NCBI GenBank assembly: GCA_963664815.2
Contig: CAXXHB010000003.1
Location: forward strand, 3,488,001-3,552,000
Length of the DNA: 64,000 nucleotides
From: Spirochaetota bacterium
Lineage (GTDB): Bacteria > Spirochaetota > UBA4802 > UBA5550
Reading direction: 5' to 3'
The notes under the pieces are model-generated. The model did no database searches. It saw nothing but the letters and a program-made list of their open reading frames with translations, and was not told the DNA's origin. Shown here piece by piece: positions 38,570 through 47,987 of the stretch (position 1 is its first letter; each line of letters starts with the position of its first letter). Position numbers and translations under genes: made by a program.

Positions 38570-40099
38570 TTGAGTAAACAATTAATAAAAAGAATTTTAA
38601 TCTCCCTGATCGCACTTTCAACAGTGTTGTTTTTATCTTCACAGATGTTTCCTGCCGGTGCCGAAACTTTGCAGCCTTTATCCAAAACAGGCGATATTAC
38701 TCATAATCCCGGTCAGACAAAATCTGAATCAACGGCAGAACATAATACTGCACACAGCGCACCTCATATTAATGCCAGAAACTTAAGTCTTTTATGGAGT
38801 ATCCCATTCATCGGAATACTCCTTTCAATAGCGCTGATGCCGCTTTTTACTCCGGGTTTCTGGCACCACCATTATGGCAAAGTATCGGCATTCTGGTGGC
38901 TGGTTTTCTTTACGGCATTCTCAGCCAGATTCGGCATAGGTACCGGATCTTTCTATCTGCTGGAAGTTTACCTTCTGGAGTTTATCCCGTTTATAACCCT
39001 TCTGCTTGCACTCTTTACTGTTGCAGGGGGTATTCAGCTGAAAGGGGATCTCGCGGGTACACCGGCAGTTAACACTTTAATGATATTTATTGGCGGAATC
39101 CTCGCAAGTGTTATGGGGACTACCGGCGCGGCAATGGTTATGATAAGGCCTGTTCTCAAAGCAAACATGTGGAGAAAAAACCGGGTGCACATAGTTGTTT
39201 TTGTTATCTTTATTGTCGCAAATGTCGGAGGCGGTCTCACTCCGCTTGGCGACCCTCCCCTGTTTCTCGGATTCCTCAAAGGTGTTGACTTCTTCTGGAC
39301 CGTGAGACATATGCTTCCGCTGGTAAGCTTTACTGTTGCAATACTGCTTGTGATATTCTTTATAATGGATACTTATTACTACAATAAGGAAAAAAACAAG
39401 CCTTTAAAAAATGCCGGCACAGAGAAGTTAAAACTTGCGGGTATTCCGAATATGGTTTTAATTCCATTTATAATAGGCGCCGTTATAATATCCAGTATTG
39501 ACATGGGAACCGCATTTACTATTCACTTTGTTCCAGTGCCTCTATCCTCAATAATCCAGGTTATGCTTCTTCTTGTCATCACTATAATTTCTCTTAAGGT
39601 TTCAGATCCTGAAACAAGAAAGGGAAACGACTTCAGCTGGGAACCTATAAGGGAAGTTGCAAAACTTTTCGCTACAATCTTCATGACAATGGTAACACCG
39701 ATAGCGATGCTCAAAGCAGGCGCTGACGGGCCGATGGGCATGGTGGTAAAAGGTGTCGTTGACAGCAACGGCAATTTTATCAAGTCACACTTCTTCTGGG
39801 CAGCCGGCACTCTTTCGAGCTTTCTTGATAATGCCCCGACTTATCTTGTTTTTTTTAATACTGCCGGGGGGAATCCTGCAGATTTAATGGGAATTCATGC
39901 AGGTACGCTTCTTGCGATAAGTGCCGGTGCTGTTTTCATGGGAGCGAATACATATATAGGTAACGCACCTAATTTTATGACAAAATCAATCGCAGAAGAA
40001 TCGGGTGTTTCCATGCCGAGCTTTTTCGGGTACATGTTTAAATATTCTATACCGATTCTCATTCCGGTATTTATACTTGTTACATATATATTTTTTTAA
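38570..40099 (+). CDS. Putative Na+/H+ antiporter (IT superfamily)
   Basis: MGTTGAAM, NVGGGLTPLGDPPLFLGF, SSFLDNAPTY, YIGNAPNF. Confidence 0.88.
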   Translation: MSKQLIKRILISLIALSTVLFLSSQMFPAGAETLQPLSKTGDITHNPGQTKSESTAEHNTAHSAPHINARNLSLLWSIPFIGILLSIALMPLFTPGFWHHHYGKVSAFWWLVFFTAFSARFGIGTGSFYLLEVYLLEFIPFITLLLALFTVAGGIQLKGDLAGTPAVNTLMIFIGGILASVMGTTGAAMVMIRPVLKANMWRKNRVHIVVFVIFIVANVGGGLTPLGDPPLFLGFLKGVDFFWTVRHMLPLVSFTVAILLVIFFIMDTYYYNKEKNKPLKNAGTEKLKLAGIPNMVLIPFIIGAVIISSIDMGTAFTIHFVPVPLSSIIQVMLLLVITIISLKVSDPETRKGNDFSWEPIREVAKLFATIFMTMVTPIAMLKAGADGPMGMVVKGVVDSNGNFIKSHFFWAAGTLSSFLDNAPTYLVFFNTAGGNPADLMGIHAGTLLAISAGAVFMGANTYIGNAPNFMTKSIAEESGVSMPSFFGYMFKYSIPILIPVFILVTYIFF

Positions 40100-40120
40100 A
40101 TAATATTCAATCAGAAGAAA

Positions 40121-40149
40121 ATGCCCGTTATCAGATTTTTACCGGGCAT
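40121..40149 (+). terminator. Hairpin terminator
   Basis: ATGCCCGTTA...TACCGGGCAT directly after the antiporter gene. Confidence 0.5.
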
Positions 40150-40224
40150 AATTCTGCAACTGTTCTTGACAAAACAGTCTTAATATATTTAAACTGAATT
40201 TGATAACTAATCAGGAGAAACATA

Positions 40225-40635
40225 ATGCTGCAATTTACTAATATCCTATATCCACTGGATCTTGACTCTAAAAATTTTAAAAATGTGTCATCAGCACTTG
40301 AATTTGCCGCAACGTATAAAGCAGTTGTACATTTTTTATTTGTAAATGATGAATCTGCCGGCTACCGGCATCCTGCAGATTTTCAGGATTCGGTTGCATT
40401 AAAAATCAGGCAGGAAATTCCATCCGAATTATTAGATAAATCCAGTATTATCTATGCAGTATCAAAAGGGGATCTCGACGAAGAAGTCACAGAATATTGC
40501 AAAAAAAATACTATTGATCTTATAATAACCAGTCATAAACATCACAGCAAAATTTATGCGTCTATGTTTGATACCCCTGATGAAAACATAATCGATTCAG
40601 TTAATATTCCGGTTCTGGTTTTGCCAAAAAATTGA
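40225..40635 (+). CDS. Universal stress protein
   Basis: NILYPLD, A-x-V-x-F-x-x-V, IDLII, IPVLV; TTGACA promoter element upstream. Confidence 0.85.
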   Translation: MLQFTNILYPLDLDSKNFKNVSSALEFAATYKAVVHFLFVNDESAGYRHPADFQDSVALKIRQEIPSELLDKSSIIYAVSKGDLDEEVTEYCKKNTIDLIITSHKHHSKIYASMFDTPDENIIDSVNIPVLVLPKN

Positions 40636-40738
40636 TTCGGCAGTACCTGCTATATGATTAAAGCACTGCTCCTGTTACCGGAAGCAGGTTTATTTAAAAT
40701 TTCAATTTAAATGCTTTTATATTTATGTATTACAGAAG

Positions 40739-41017
40739 CTACTGCTGTTCAATTTTTTTTAGACGTGCTGTCTCCGGATCAGTCCAGGATATTGCTCTAT
40801 TCGGGCATTTTTCAATGCAGTCACCGCATGAATCGCATAAACTGTAATTAAACGTTACATACTCCGGATGACAGGGTACAACATAGGAAATACAGTACTT
40901 TATACATTTCGCGCAGCAACTGTTGGAAATAACAGAAATCGCACTCTTAGGACAAATATTAACACAGGTATTGCATTTATTACATTTTAACTGGTCTGCT
41001 ATTGGTACATGCTTCAT
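40739..41017 (-). CDS. Ferredoxin-like 2x[4Fe-4S] protein with extra Cys-rich insert
   Basis: CNKCNTCVNICP and CDSCGDCIEKCP plus CCAKCIKYC...PC. Confidence 0.85.
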   Translation of the reverse strand: MKHVPIADQLKCNKCNTCVNICPKSAISVISNSCCAKCIKYCISYVVPCHPEYVTFNYSLCDSCGDCIEKCPNRAISWTDPETARLKKIEQQ

Positions 41018-41046
41018 TATATCGCTCCCGTAAAAACATCAAAATT

Positions 41047-41805
41047 TTAATAAACGCCAATATTCGTGGTTATTGTTGCAAAACGCATATATTTCTTCAG
41101 TAACATGGTGCCGCCCCCCTCGGAAATAACTGACTTAACCCGGCCTGAGTCAAGCACATAGGAACCGCTTAACTGAGTTATACGGGTACCGGAAAAGGCT
41201 TCGAAGCACATGGGGGTTGACGGGCCAAGCATCACCGCAGCACGGTTCCGCTTTAATGACTGCAGCAGACGGTCGCATGTTCCGTTTATAATACTTGTTG
41301 AGGTAATAATAGCAATATCACACTCTTCAAGAGATTTCATGCCGATCTCCGGCGCTATTACTCCCGGCCTGTCAGAATTAAGCTCAATTATTTCAAAACG
41401 GCATTCTGTTGCTTTAACCGCAGGTACAAGAGGTGCAAAATGACCGACCATAACAACATGATCTTCTTTTTGAATGTTCAGCAGTGTAACAGCATCACCT
41501 TCAGTGAAAAAACGTTCATTACGCGAATTAAGGGCATTGAAGAGTGCAAGACCAGCCGCTCTCTCAAGAACATTTTCACTTGCAAGCCATGTCAGAACAT
41601 CACAGGCAGGCATGCCGGCAATTGAACCGGCATTTTTTATGTGTGTACAGGAACGGGCACCATCTTCAGCGGGTGTCCATGCAATACCAATTCGTCCGTC
41701 AGTAATTTCCACACAGCTGAAACCAAGACCAAATCTCAGTTCTTTAATCTTCTGACCGTCAGCCCAACCGGCAGCACAATCAATAAGTTTTTTCTGAATA
41801 TCCAT
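41047..41805 (-). CDS. DUF364 (Rossmann-like, putative heavy-metal chelation) protein
   Basis: R-x-G-x-x-F...G-x-A, GLA-x-x-NAL, MVGHF-x-P, ITSTSIINGT, LGPSTP. Confidence 0.88.
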   Translation of the reverse strand: MDIQKKLIDCAAGWADGQKIKELRFGLGFSCVEITDGRIGIAWTPAEDGARSCTHIKNAGSIAGMPACDVLTWLASENVLERAAGLALFNALNSRNERFFTEGDAVTLLNIQKEDHVVMVGHFAPLVPAVKATECRFEIIELNSDRPGVIAPEIGMKSLEECDIAIITSTSIINGTCDRLLQSLKRNRAAVMLGPSTPMCFEAFSGTRITQLSGSYVLDSGRVKSVISEGGGTMLLKKYMRFATITTNIGVY

Positions 41806-41896
41806 AAAATTCCTTCCTGTTTATTAAAAAATTTTATTTTTTTCAACATTTATAGATAAAAAATTTAAACGACTGCCGTTTTAATTGTCCATGACA

Positions 41897-42136
41897 TTAA
41901 TCCCGGATCATTTTAAATTTTCCCATGTCAACATATACCCGTAAACCTTCGCCGCTTTCCTTATTATAAAATGTTATTGTGTATCTTCCAAAATCCAGAA
42001 TTTTCATCCATCCATTTCCGACTGTGCAGGATGTAAGAAGCTGCATGGCATCAGGCAGACACGCATTGGTTTTTCAGACTGCATCAAATAATTCACATTC
42101 GGGAAGATGCTTTGGTACAAGGTCAACAATATATCC
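41897..42136 (-). pseudogene. FmdE/FwdE-family fragment
   Basis: Hand translation GYIVDL...LFDAV*KTNACLPDAMQLLTSCTVGNGWMKI...GEGLRVYVD; lacks the N-terminal FHGH motif, has an in-frame TGA at 42076-42074 and is C-truncated. Confidence 0.75.
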
Positions 42137-42137
42137 A

Positions 42138-42425
42138 TTATTTGAATTGTTGATTAATTTTTATTACAGGTTTTCCATCTTCATCTCTGCTTAAAGTACA
42201 TACTGCATCAATTATCCCTGCATATCGTTCATCAGATGCACGAAGTCCATTAAAATCTGTATTTTCAAGAAACTCCGTAAGGAGTTCAAGCTGATCTGTT
42301 AAAATCTGCGGAACTGTATCATCAGTAAATTCCAGTATAATCATTGTAATACGTCTGAATTCAATTTTTGCAGCACTCTGGATACAGTGCCCGCCGGTTT
42401 TCAAGCTAACAGATACTTCTTTCAT
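42138..42425 (-). CDS. Conserved hypothetical protein of orp-like clusters
   Basis: HCIQSAAK...LELL-x-EFLE-x-x-DF-x-x-LR; 6 nt downstream of the NifX gene. Confidence 0.7.
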   Translation of the reverse strand: MKEVSVSLKTGGHCIQSAAKIEFRRITMIILEFTDDTVPQILTDQLELLTEFLENTDFNGLRASDERYAGIIDAVCTLSRDEDGKPVIKINQQFK

Positions 42426-42431
42426 TTTATT

Positions 42432-42770
42432 CTAATGATCACAGGCATTTGCACCGGTTATAAGCTGCCCGTCCAGGTAACTCTGAAGAACCGCTTTCGG
42501 ATCACCTGCAGGTGCACCAGTAATTACATCAACTCCCCGCTCTTTGAAAAGGGATACAGCACGGGCACCCATTCCACCTGCGATCACAAAGTTGACCCCT
42601 TTATCTGCTATCCATCCCGGCAGAACACCGGGCTCATGAGGCGGAGGCGTAACGGCTGTTGTTGCTGTTATGCTTTTTTTAGCTGTATCCACATCAAAGA
42701 GCAGAAACTGCTCACAGTGACCAAAATGCATACATAGTTTTCCTTCTGTTACAGGTATTGCGATTTTCAT
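42432..42770 (-). CDS. NifB/NifX family protein
   Basis: KIAIP...HFGHC, PPHEPG, IAGGMG-x-RA, NACDH. Confidence 0.92.
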   Translation of the reverse strand: MKIAIPVTEGKLCMHFGHCEQFLLFDVDTAKKSITATTAVTPPPHEPGVLPGWIADKGVNFVIAGGMGARAVSLFKERGVDVITGAPAGDPKAVLQSYLDGQLITGANACDH

Positions 42771-43633
42771 ACATTATCTCCATTTATTATTAACTCTATT
42801 ATTGAGGTGAAACTTTTCTGTGCCGGCGTTCTATTCGGTGCTGTAGAACTTATATGGGGTGAGCCGCTATCTCCGCTATGTACTATCTCTGGCTCAATCG
42901 GGATTGAACCGAGAAAAGGAACACCCATGTTCTCTGCCATAGACTCCCCCCCTCCTGATTTAAATATGTCTGTCACCGTATTACAGTGAGGACATACAAA
43001 ACCGCTCATATTCTCTATCACGCCGATCACATTCATTTTAAGCTGATGACAGAATGTTATCGATTTTCTCACATCGGCAAGAGCTACATCCTGAGGAGTA
43101 GTTACGATAACAGCACCGTCCGGGTCAGGTATCAGCTGACATACAGATAGAGGCTCATCGCCTGTACCTGGAGGTGAATCGACTATAAGATAATCAAGAT
43201 CCCCCCATACAACATCAGACAGGAACTGCTTGATAATCCCATATTTAAGAGGCCCTCTCCATACCACAGCTTCATCTGCATCTGCCATTAAAAAACCTAT
43301 AGACATAACTATAAGATTATCGCTGTATTTTACAGGATAGATTGTCTTCTCACCTCCGCCCATTGCCATTACGCCGTCAAGGCCAAGCATCTTGGGTACA
43401 CTCGGGCCATGAATATCAACATCAAGAAGCCCTACTTTCAGGCCCTTTGCGGCAAGAGATACAGCAAGGTTTACTGCTACTGTGCTTTTCCCCACACCAC
43501 CTTTGCCTGAAAGTACAACTAACTTATGTTTGATTTTACCCATATTGTCTTTCAGAATCTGATCGCTCTGATCCCCGCCGGGATTACTGCCGTGCGAGCA
43601 GGCTGATGGTTTACTGCCGTTTTTGTCATTCAT
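42767..43633 (-). CDS. Mrp/NBP35 (ApbC) Fe-S carrier ATPase
   Basis: SGKGGVGKST, DVDIHGPS, WRGP, DSPPGTGD, VTTPQ, ENMSGFVCPHC. Confidence 0.95.
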   Translation of the reverse strand: MNDKNGSKPSACSHGSNPGGDQSDQILKDNMGKIKHKLVVLSGKGGVGKSTVAVNLAVSLAAKGLKVGLLDVDIHGPSVPKMLGLDGVMAMGGGEKTIYPVKYSDNLIVMSIGFLMADADEAVVWRGPLKYGIIKQFLSDVVWGDLDYLIVDSPPGTGDEPLSVCQLIPDPDGAVIVTTPQDVALADVRKSITFCHQLKMNVIGVIENMSGFVCPHCNTVTDIFKSGGGESMAENMGVPFLGSIPIEPEIVHSGDSGSPHISSTAPNRTPAQKSFTSIIELIINGDNV

Positions 43634-43641
43634 ATTCTGTT

Positions 43642-44517
43642 TTAAACTCCTTCCGTTAAAATTTCTTTCTCAATTTTATACCACATATCTTTAATAGCCT
43701 CCGATGCCGGACCGCTTGAATATCCGACTATACTCTTTCCTGAAATCTGGGCTTTGGTTACGTCATCATCGTATGGGATCTCTCCAAATAGATGGACACC
43801 TTTCTCACGGCAGAACTCTGCAATTTCATCCGACTTTTCGTAGTTAATGTCATACCTGTTTATGCATACAGCAGACTTCACTTTAAAATGCTCAATCAGG
43901 GCATATACTCTCTTAAGATCATGAATACCCGAAACTGTTGGTTCTGTGACAATAAGCACAAATGAACAACCTGTTACGGTTGCTATTACCGGGCACCCTG
44001 TTCCAGGTGAACCATCGACAATTATAAGATCATATTTATTTTCCAGAGCAATTTCTTTTGCTCTCTTCCGTAGAATTGTAACAAGCTTTCCGGAATTACT
44101 CTCGGCAATACCGAGTCTCGCGTGAACCATGGGACCAAACCTTGTTTGAGATTCAAACCACCTGCCAGACTGGTGAGGTTTCATCTCAATAGCATCAACA
44201 GGGCAGAAAGCGGCACATACACCGCACCCTTCACATGAAAGCGTATCCACAACCAGAGATTTGCCAATAGCGTCAAAACGGCAAAGCACCGCGCACTTAC
44301 CACATATAGTGCAGGCTTTGCGGTTTATAAAAGCCTTGCTCCCACCGGTAAACATCTCTTCCTTAATTACCTCTGGTTTAATAATAAGATGGAGATCCGC
44401 AGCATCAACATCACAGTCAGCCATAACTTTATTCCCGGCAAGTGAAGCAAACGAAGCTGCAACACTTGTTTTACCGGTTCCCCCCTTCCCGCTTAGAATT
44501 ACCAGTTCCTTAATCAT
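43642..44517 (-). CDS. MinD-superfamily P-loop ATPase with inserted 2x[4Fe-4S] domain (Orp3/4-like)
   Basis: SGKGGTGKT, DCDVDAADL, two CxxCxxCxxxC motifs, NSGKLV, DGSPGTGCP, TEPT. Confidence 0.92.
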   Translation of the reverse strand: MIKELVILSGKGGTGKTSVAASFASLAGNKVMADCDVDAADLHLIIKPEVIKEEMFTGGSKAFINRKACTICGKCAVLCRFDAIGKSLVVDTLSCEGCGVCAAFCPVDAIEMKPHQSGRWFESQTRFGPMVHARLGIAESNSGKLVTILRKRAKEIALENKYDLIIVDGSPGTGCPVIATVTGCSFVLIVTEPTVSGIHDLKRVYALIEHFKVKSAVCINRYDINYEKSDEIAEFCREKGVHLFGEIPYDDDVTKAQISGKSIVGYSSGPASEAIKDMWYKIEKEILTEGV

Positions 44518-45371
44518 ATTGTACCGCCATTAACCTCTCTGCTGATATGCTCTGCGATCTTTTCCAGTTCACTGCTGAAGTGCTCTTTAATATACGAAAC
44601 AGAATCCCCCCGTGAATATCGTACTGCTATCTCCCTTGTATCTGGTATAGATGCAAACAGCAGTATAGATTCATTCTTGCAGAATTCACTTAACCGGTAA
44701 TTTCCCTGCGAAGCCCTGTTTTCCACCACGCCGAAAGGTATCTGCATTGCACGGGCCATCTCAGCCGCAAGTTTAAGGTCATTCAATCCGAATGGTGTCG
44801 GTTCAGAAACAAGAACAAGAAAATCACAGTCTCTTGCAGATTCTATTACCGGACAGGATGTACCGGGTGGGGAATCCATAATGCGTATCTCCGCTTCAGG
44901 GTAATATTTTTTAACATCCTTGATCAGCGGCGGTGACATAGACTCCCCGATATTAAGCCTCCCTCCTGCATATTTAACACCATTAATCTCACCCAGTTCA
45001 ATAATACCTGTTGTCCTTTTAACTTCACTTATTGCTTTTTCCGGGCATACTAGAAAGCATCCTCCGCATGAGTGGCACATCTCCTTTAAAACAAGGGGCT
45101 TCCCTTTAATCAGCACTATGGCACTGTACCGGCATATTTCACCGCATTTCCCGCATCCTGTACAAAGCTCCTTATCGACAGAGGGTATTAGAACAGTTGT
45201 CTGCACCTCTTCACCTACGGGAGCCTGTAAAAAGAGATTGACATTAGGTTCCTCAACATCGCAGTCCAGCAGTGCAATAGAAATATTTTTATCCGCATAA
45301 TATGAGGCAAGTGACATGGAAATTGTGGTCTTCCCTGTTCCACCCTTACCGCTTGCAATCGCTATGTCCAT
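44514..45371 (-). CDS. MinD-superfamily P-loop ATPase with inserted 2x[4Fe-4S] domain (Orp3/4-like)
   Basis: ASGKGGTGKTT, DCDVEEPN, CTGCGKCGEIC, CHSCGGC-x-x-x-CP, DSPPGTSCP, EPTPFG. Confidence 0.92.
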   Translation of the reverse strand: MDIAIASGKGGTGKTTISMSLASYYADKNISIALLDCDVEEPNVNLFLQAPVGEEVQTTVLIPSVDKELCTGCGKCGEICRYSAIVLIKGKPLVLKEMCHSCGGCFLVCPEKAISEVKRTTGIIELGEINGVKYAGGRLNIGESMSPPLIKDVKKYYPEAEIRIMDSPPGTSCPVIESARDCDFLVLVSEPTPFGLNDLKLAAEMARAMQIPFGVVENRASQGNYRLSEFCKNESILLFASIPDTREIAVRYSRGDSVSYIKEHFSSELEKIAEHISREVNGGTI

Positions 45372-46515
45372 CTATCAGCTCCCCTACTACCCCTATATCA
45401 TACATCGCCTTGCAGACCATGCATCCCCTGTACGCAACGGAAACCTTTGATGAAGGGCTGTATAGCTCCTCAAGTTTTTTCAATGTTTCAGGACATAGAT
45501 CCTTTTTATGCTCATCCACTGCTGTCAGTATCCCGCTTGTACGGATGCAGTTAAGCAGACCCGCATTATCCAGAAAATCAGGTATGGTCCCCTCTCTCAT
45601 CTCTCCAATACCGCAGAGATCAAACCTTGCATCCTCTTTAAACGGCAGGCAGTAGTGCCATTTATCATCAATAAACGGGCTCATTCCGCAATGGGTGTGC
45701 CGCGATAATCTGTCAATAATCGCGGCGTTCGGCATTCTGTCGAATTCCCTCCCCGAAACTTTAAGTTTTTTCATTACATCCTTTTTGTAATACGGGTAAA
45801 ATGATCCAAGCGCGTCTTTGTTGTTACCAGACAGGGAGAGTGACGGTGACATATCTTTCATGTCAGAGGCGTCACCAAGCGGTGCAAGCGGCGTTACTCT
45901 CTGAAATACGCCGGGATATATTTTACTGAGTCTTTTGTCTGTATCATCATCAACTGAAAGCGTAACAAGTATCACAGGGAGTATCTTCATCCCCGGTTCC
46001 TGACTAAGGCGGATCAGGTTATCCATTGCTATATATCCCGACTCACTTAAATTCTCCTGGTATTCAGCGATGCTGATCCCCACTATCATTTTCTTCTCTA
46101 TCTGTGAGGACAGTCTTTTGAAAAAATCCCTGGCAAAATCCATGTTTTCAAACACCTTTCCATTGCTCGGCATAGAAATTGTTTTAATCAGGTTCATTTC
46201 GAAGAGTGATGCGAGTATATCGACAATGTCTTTACCCTGGCTTTTCCATATTGTAGGCTCACCCCCTGTGACAAACTGATATTCAAGGCTGTAAGATTCC
46301 GCGAGATTCCTTAGATCCACCAGGTATTTTTCAAAAACATCATACTCAACTTTCGCTACACTTGAATTGGCCGAACGGAGACAGGCCTTGCACTGTTTAT
46401 TGCATCCATTTGTCATCTGAATTGCAGGGTAAAGATTATGTGGTATTATCACTCTCCCCGCCTGTGAGGCTTTCCATTTTTTCATCTGCATATAATTCTG
46501 AAAACCTGCCAACAT
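45346..46515 (-). CDS. Radical SAM protein of unknown function
   Basis: CNKQCKAC (CxxxCxxC), TGGEP, SNG; extra C-terminal Cys residues (HC...YC...CMVC). Confidence 0.88.
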   Translation of the reverse strand: MLAGFQNYMQMKKWKASQAGRVIIPHNLYPAIQMTNGCNKQCKACLRSANSSVAKVEYDVFEKYLVDLRNLAESYSLEYQFVTGGEPTIWKSQGKDIVDILASLFEMNLIKTISMPSNGKVFENMDFARDFFKRLSSQIEKKMIVGISIAEYQENLSESGYIAMDNLIRLSQEPGMKILPVILVTLSVDDDTDKRLSKIYPGVFQRVTPLAPLGDASDMKDMSPSLSLSGNNKDALGSFYPYYKKDVMKKLKVSGREFDRMPNAAIIDRLSRHTHCGMSPFIDDKWHYCLPFKEDARFDLCGIGEMREGTIPDFLDNAGLLNCIRTSGILTAVDEHKKDLCPETLKKLEELYSPSSKVSVAYRGCMVCKAMYDIGVVGELIDGHSDCKR

Positions 46516-46554
46516 TATTTTTTAATCCTCCTCTTTGTGTTCTATGTGTTTACT

Positions 46555-46667
46555 AAATGCCCTCATCCGCTCGACGCTATCGCGCGATCACCCTCTCCCT
46601 GCTTTTAGCCGGGAGAGGGTAAATGTTGCCAAACCCTCGCCCGGGCAAAGCCGTGGAGAGAGCATTT
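46555..46667. repeat. REP-like GC-rich palindromic element
   Basis: AAATGCCCTC...CCCTCTCCC-loop-GGGAGAGGG...GAGAGCATTT; related to 2558-2678. Confidence 0.65.
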
Positions 46668-46673
46668 CATTTA

Positions 46674-47513
46674 TTAAAAATCAAAAACCCTCCCTACTGA
46701 AGCGTTAACAAACTTATACCCGAACTCCGAAGCAAACCGGCAGGCTATCTTAAAGCCGGTGCAGTGTGAAACGGCAATTTTATCGACGTCATATCTTTTT
46801 ACAGCATCAATGGCCTTTAAGACGTACTCTTCCGGTGCGCTGTCAAGATGGGTGCCGCCGATTACCGCATGAAATTTTTTAACTCCCGTACTCTCAGAAA
46901 ACTGATCAAGTATCTCAACCATTCCCGCATGAGCACATCCAAGAAGCACAACAGGTCCGGAAGCAGTTTCAAGAAGGAGCGACAGATCATCGATGAACAG
47001 ATCATCATTCACTCCTGTCTCAGATCTTACTTTCAGCATTTTATCCCAGGGCTTCCAGCAAGATTCATGTTTAACACCGCTGAGAGATGTAATTGAATCG
47101 ATAATTCTGCATTTGCCTTCTATTACTTCAAAAAATTTTGCACCGTTCTCTTCATAGACTTCTCTTGTCTGTTTCATCCCTATCGGGACAGTTGCACCCG
47201 ATGGCAGAAGAGCTACTTTTTCATTAAATGCCGCACCGTTAAGATAAACAGGAAGAGTCCCGCCATGTTCTTTCAGAACCGGCAGTAATCCCCCGGTATG
47301 ATCGTAGTGTCCGTGACTTAAAATCACCCTTCTTATTGCCGGAATATTTTTACCCAGAGTTTTAAGATTATGTACAACTCCCAGTCCCTGCCCCGTGTCA
47401 AAAAGAGTTATATCCTCACCATCCTCAATGAGAAAAGATAATCCATGTTCTGCTATCAGAGGGAATGGGACCTGTACGCTGTTTTCACATATAACCGTTA
47501 CTTTTTTTATCAT
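46674..47513 (-). CDS. MBL-fold metallo-hydrolase (COG1237-like)
   Basis: AEHGLS, LFDTG, SHGHYDHTGG, GCAHAG, GGTHL, HCTG. Confidence 0.92.
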   Translation of the reverse strand: MIKKVTVICENSVQVPFPLIAEHGLSFLIEDGEDITLFDTGQGLGVVHNLKTLGKNIPAIRRVILSHGHYDHTGGLLPVLKEHGGTLPVYLNGAAFNEKVALLPSGATVPIGMKQTREVYEENGAKFFEVIEGKCRIIDSITSLSGVKHESCWKPWDKMLKVRSETGVNDDLFIDDLSLLLETASGPVVLLGCAHAGMVEILDQFSESTGVKKFHAVIGGTHLDSAPEEYVLKAIDAVKRYDVDKIAVSHCTGFKIACRFASEFGYKFVNASVGRVFDF

Positions 47514-47627
47514 TGTCTTCCTCTTAAATATAAACTCAAAATTTCGGCCGGGTACCCCATTCCATTTTCTGACATGAAATACCCGACCAGGAGTTTTATG
47601 GAATAGAAAGAAAGCTTGATAATTTTG

Positions 47628-47987
47628 TTACCAGTGCCCCTCAACATTTGCATTTGATGTAAGTTCCAGCTCACCTTTACTGTATTTATCAAGGGCTGTG
47701 CCGACAGTTCCATCCTTAAACAGGTAAATTTTTACACCGGCGGCGTTAAGTGTCGTGAATGCCTTCGGGCCGACATTTCCTGTGATGACGACATCCGCTC
47801 CTGCATCAATTACAGTTTTTGCAGACTGTATACCCGCTCCCTGTGCCGCTTCGAGATTCTGTTTATTGTCAACATATACCGATTCATTTGAATCCATGTC
47901 ATAGATCATAAAACCTTTCGCCCGCCCGAATCTCTGGTCAACTATTGCCGCAAGGTCCTTTTTATCTGTTGATACAGCTATTTTCAT
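47628..47987 (-). CDS. NifB/NifX family protein, orange-protein (ORP)-like
   Basis: VDQRFGRA, GAGIQSA, ITGNVGPKAF. Confidence 0.92.
   Translation of the reverse strand: MKIAVSTDKKDLAAIVDQRFGRAKGFMIYDMDSNESVYVDNKQNLEAAQGAGIQSAKTVIDAGADVVITGNVGPKAFTTLNAAGVKIYLFKDGTVGTALDKYSKGELELTSNANVEGHW

Noticed and set aside
42074-42076. TGA at a Cys-like position as selenocysteine
   Set aside because: The host ORF lacks a start, an N-terminus and a C-terminus, and no clear SECIS hairpin follows; pseudogene decay is simpler.
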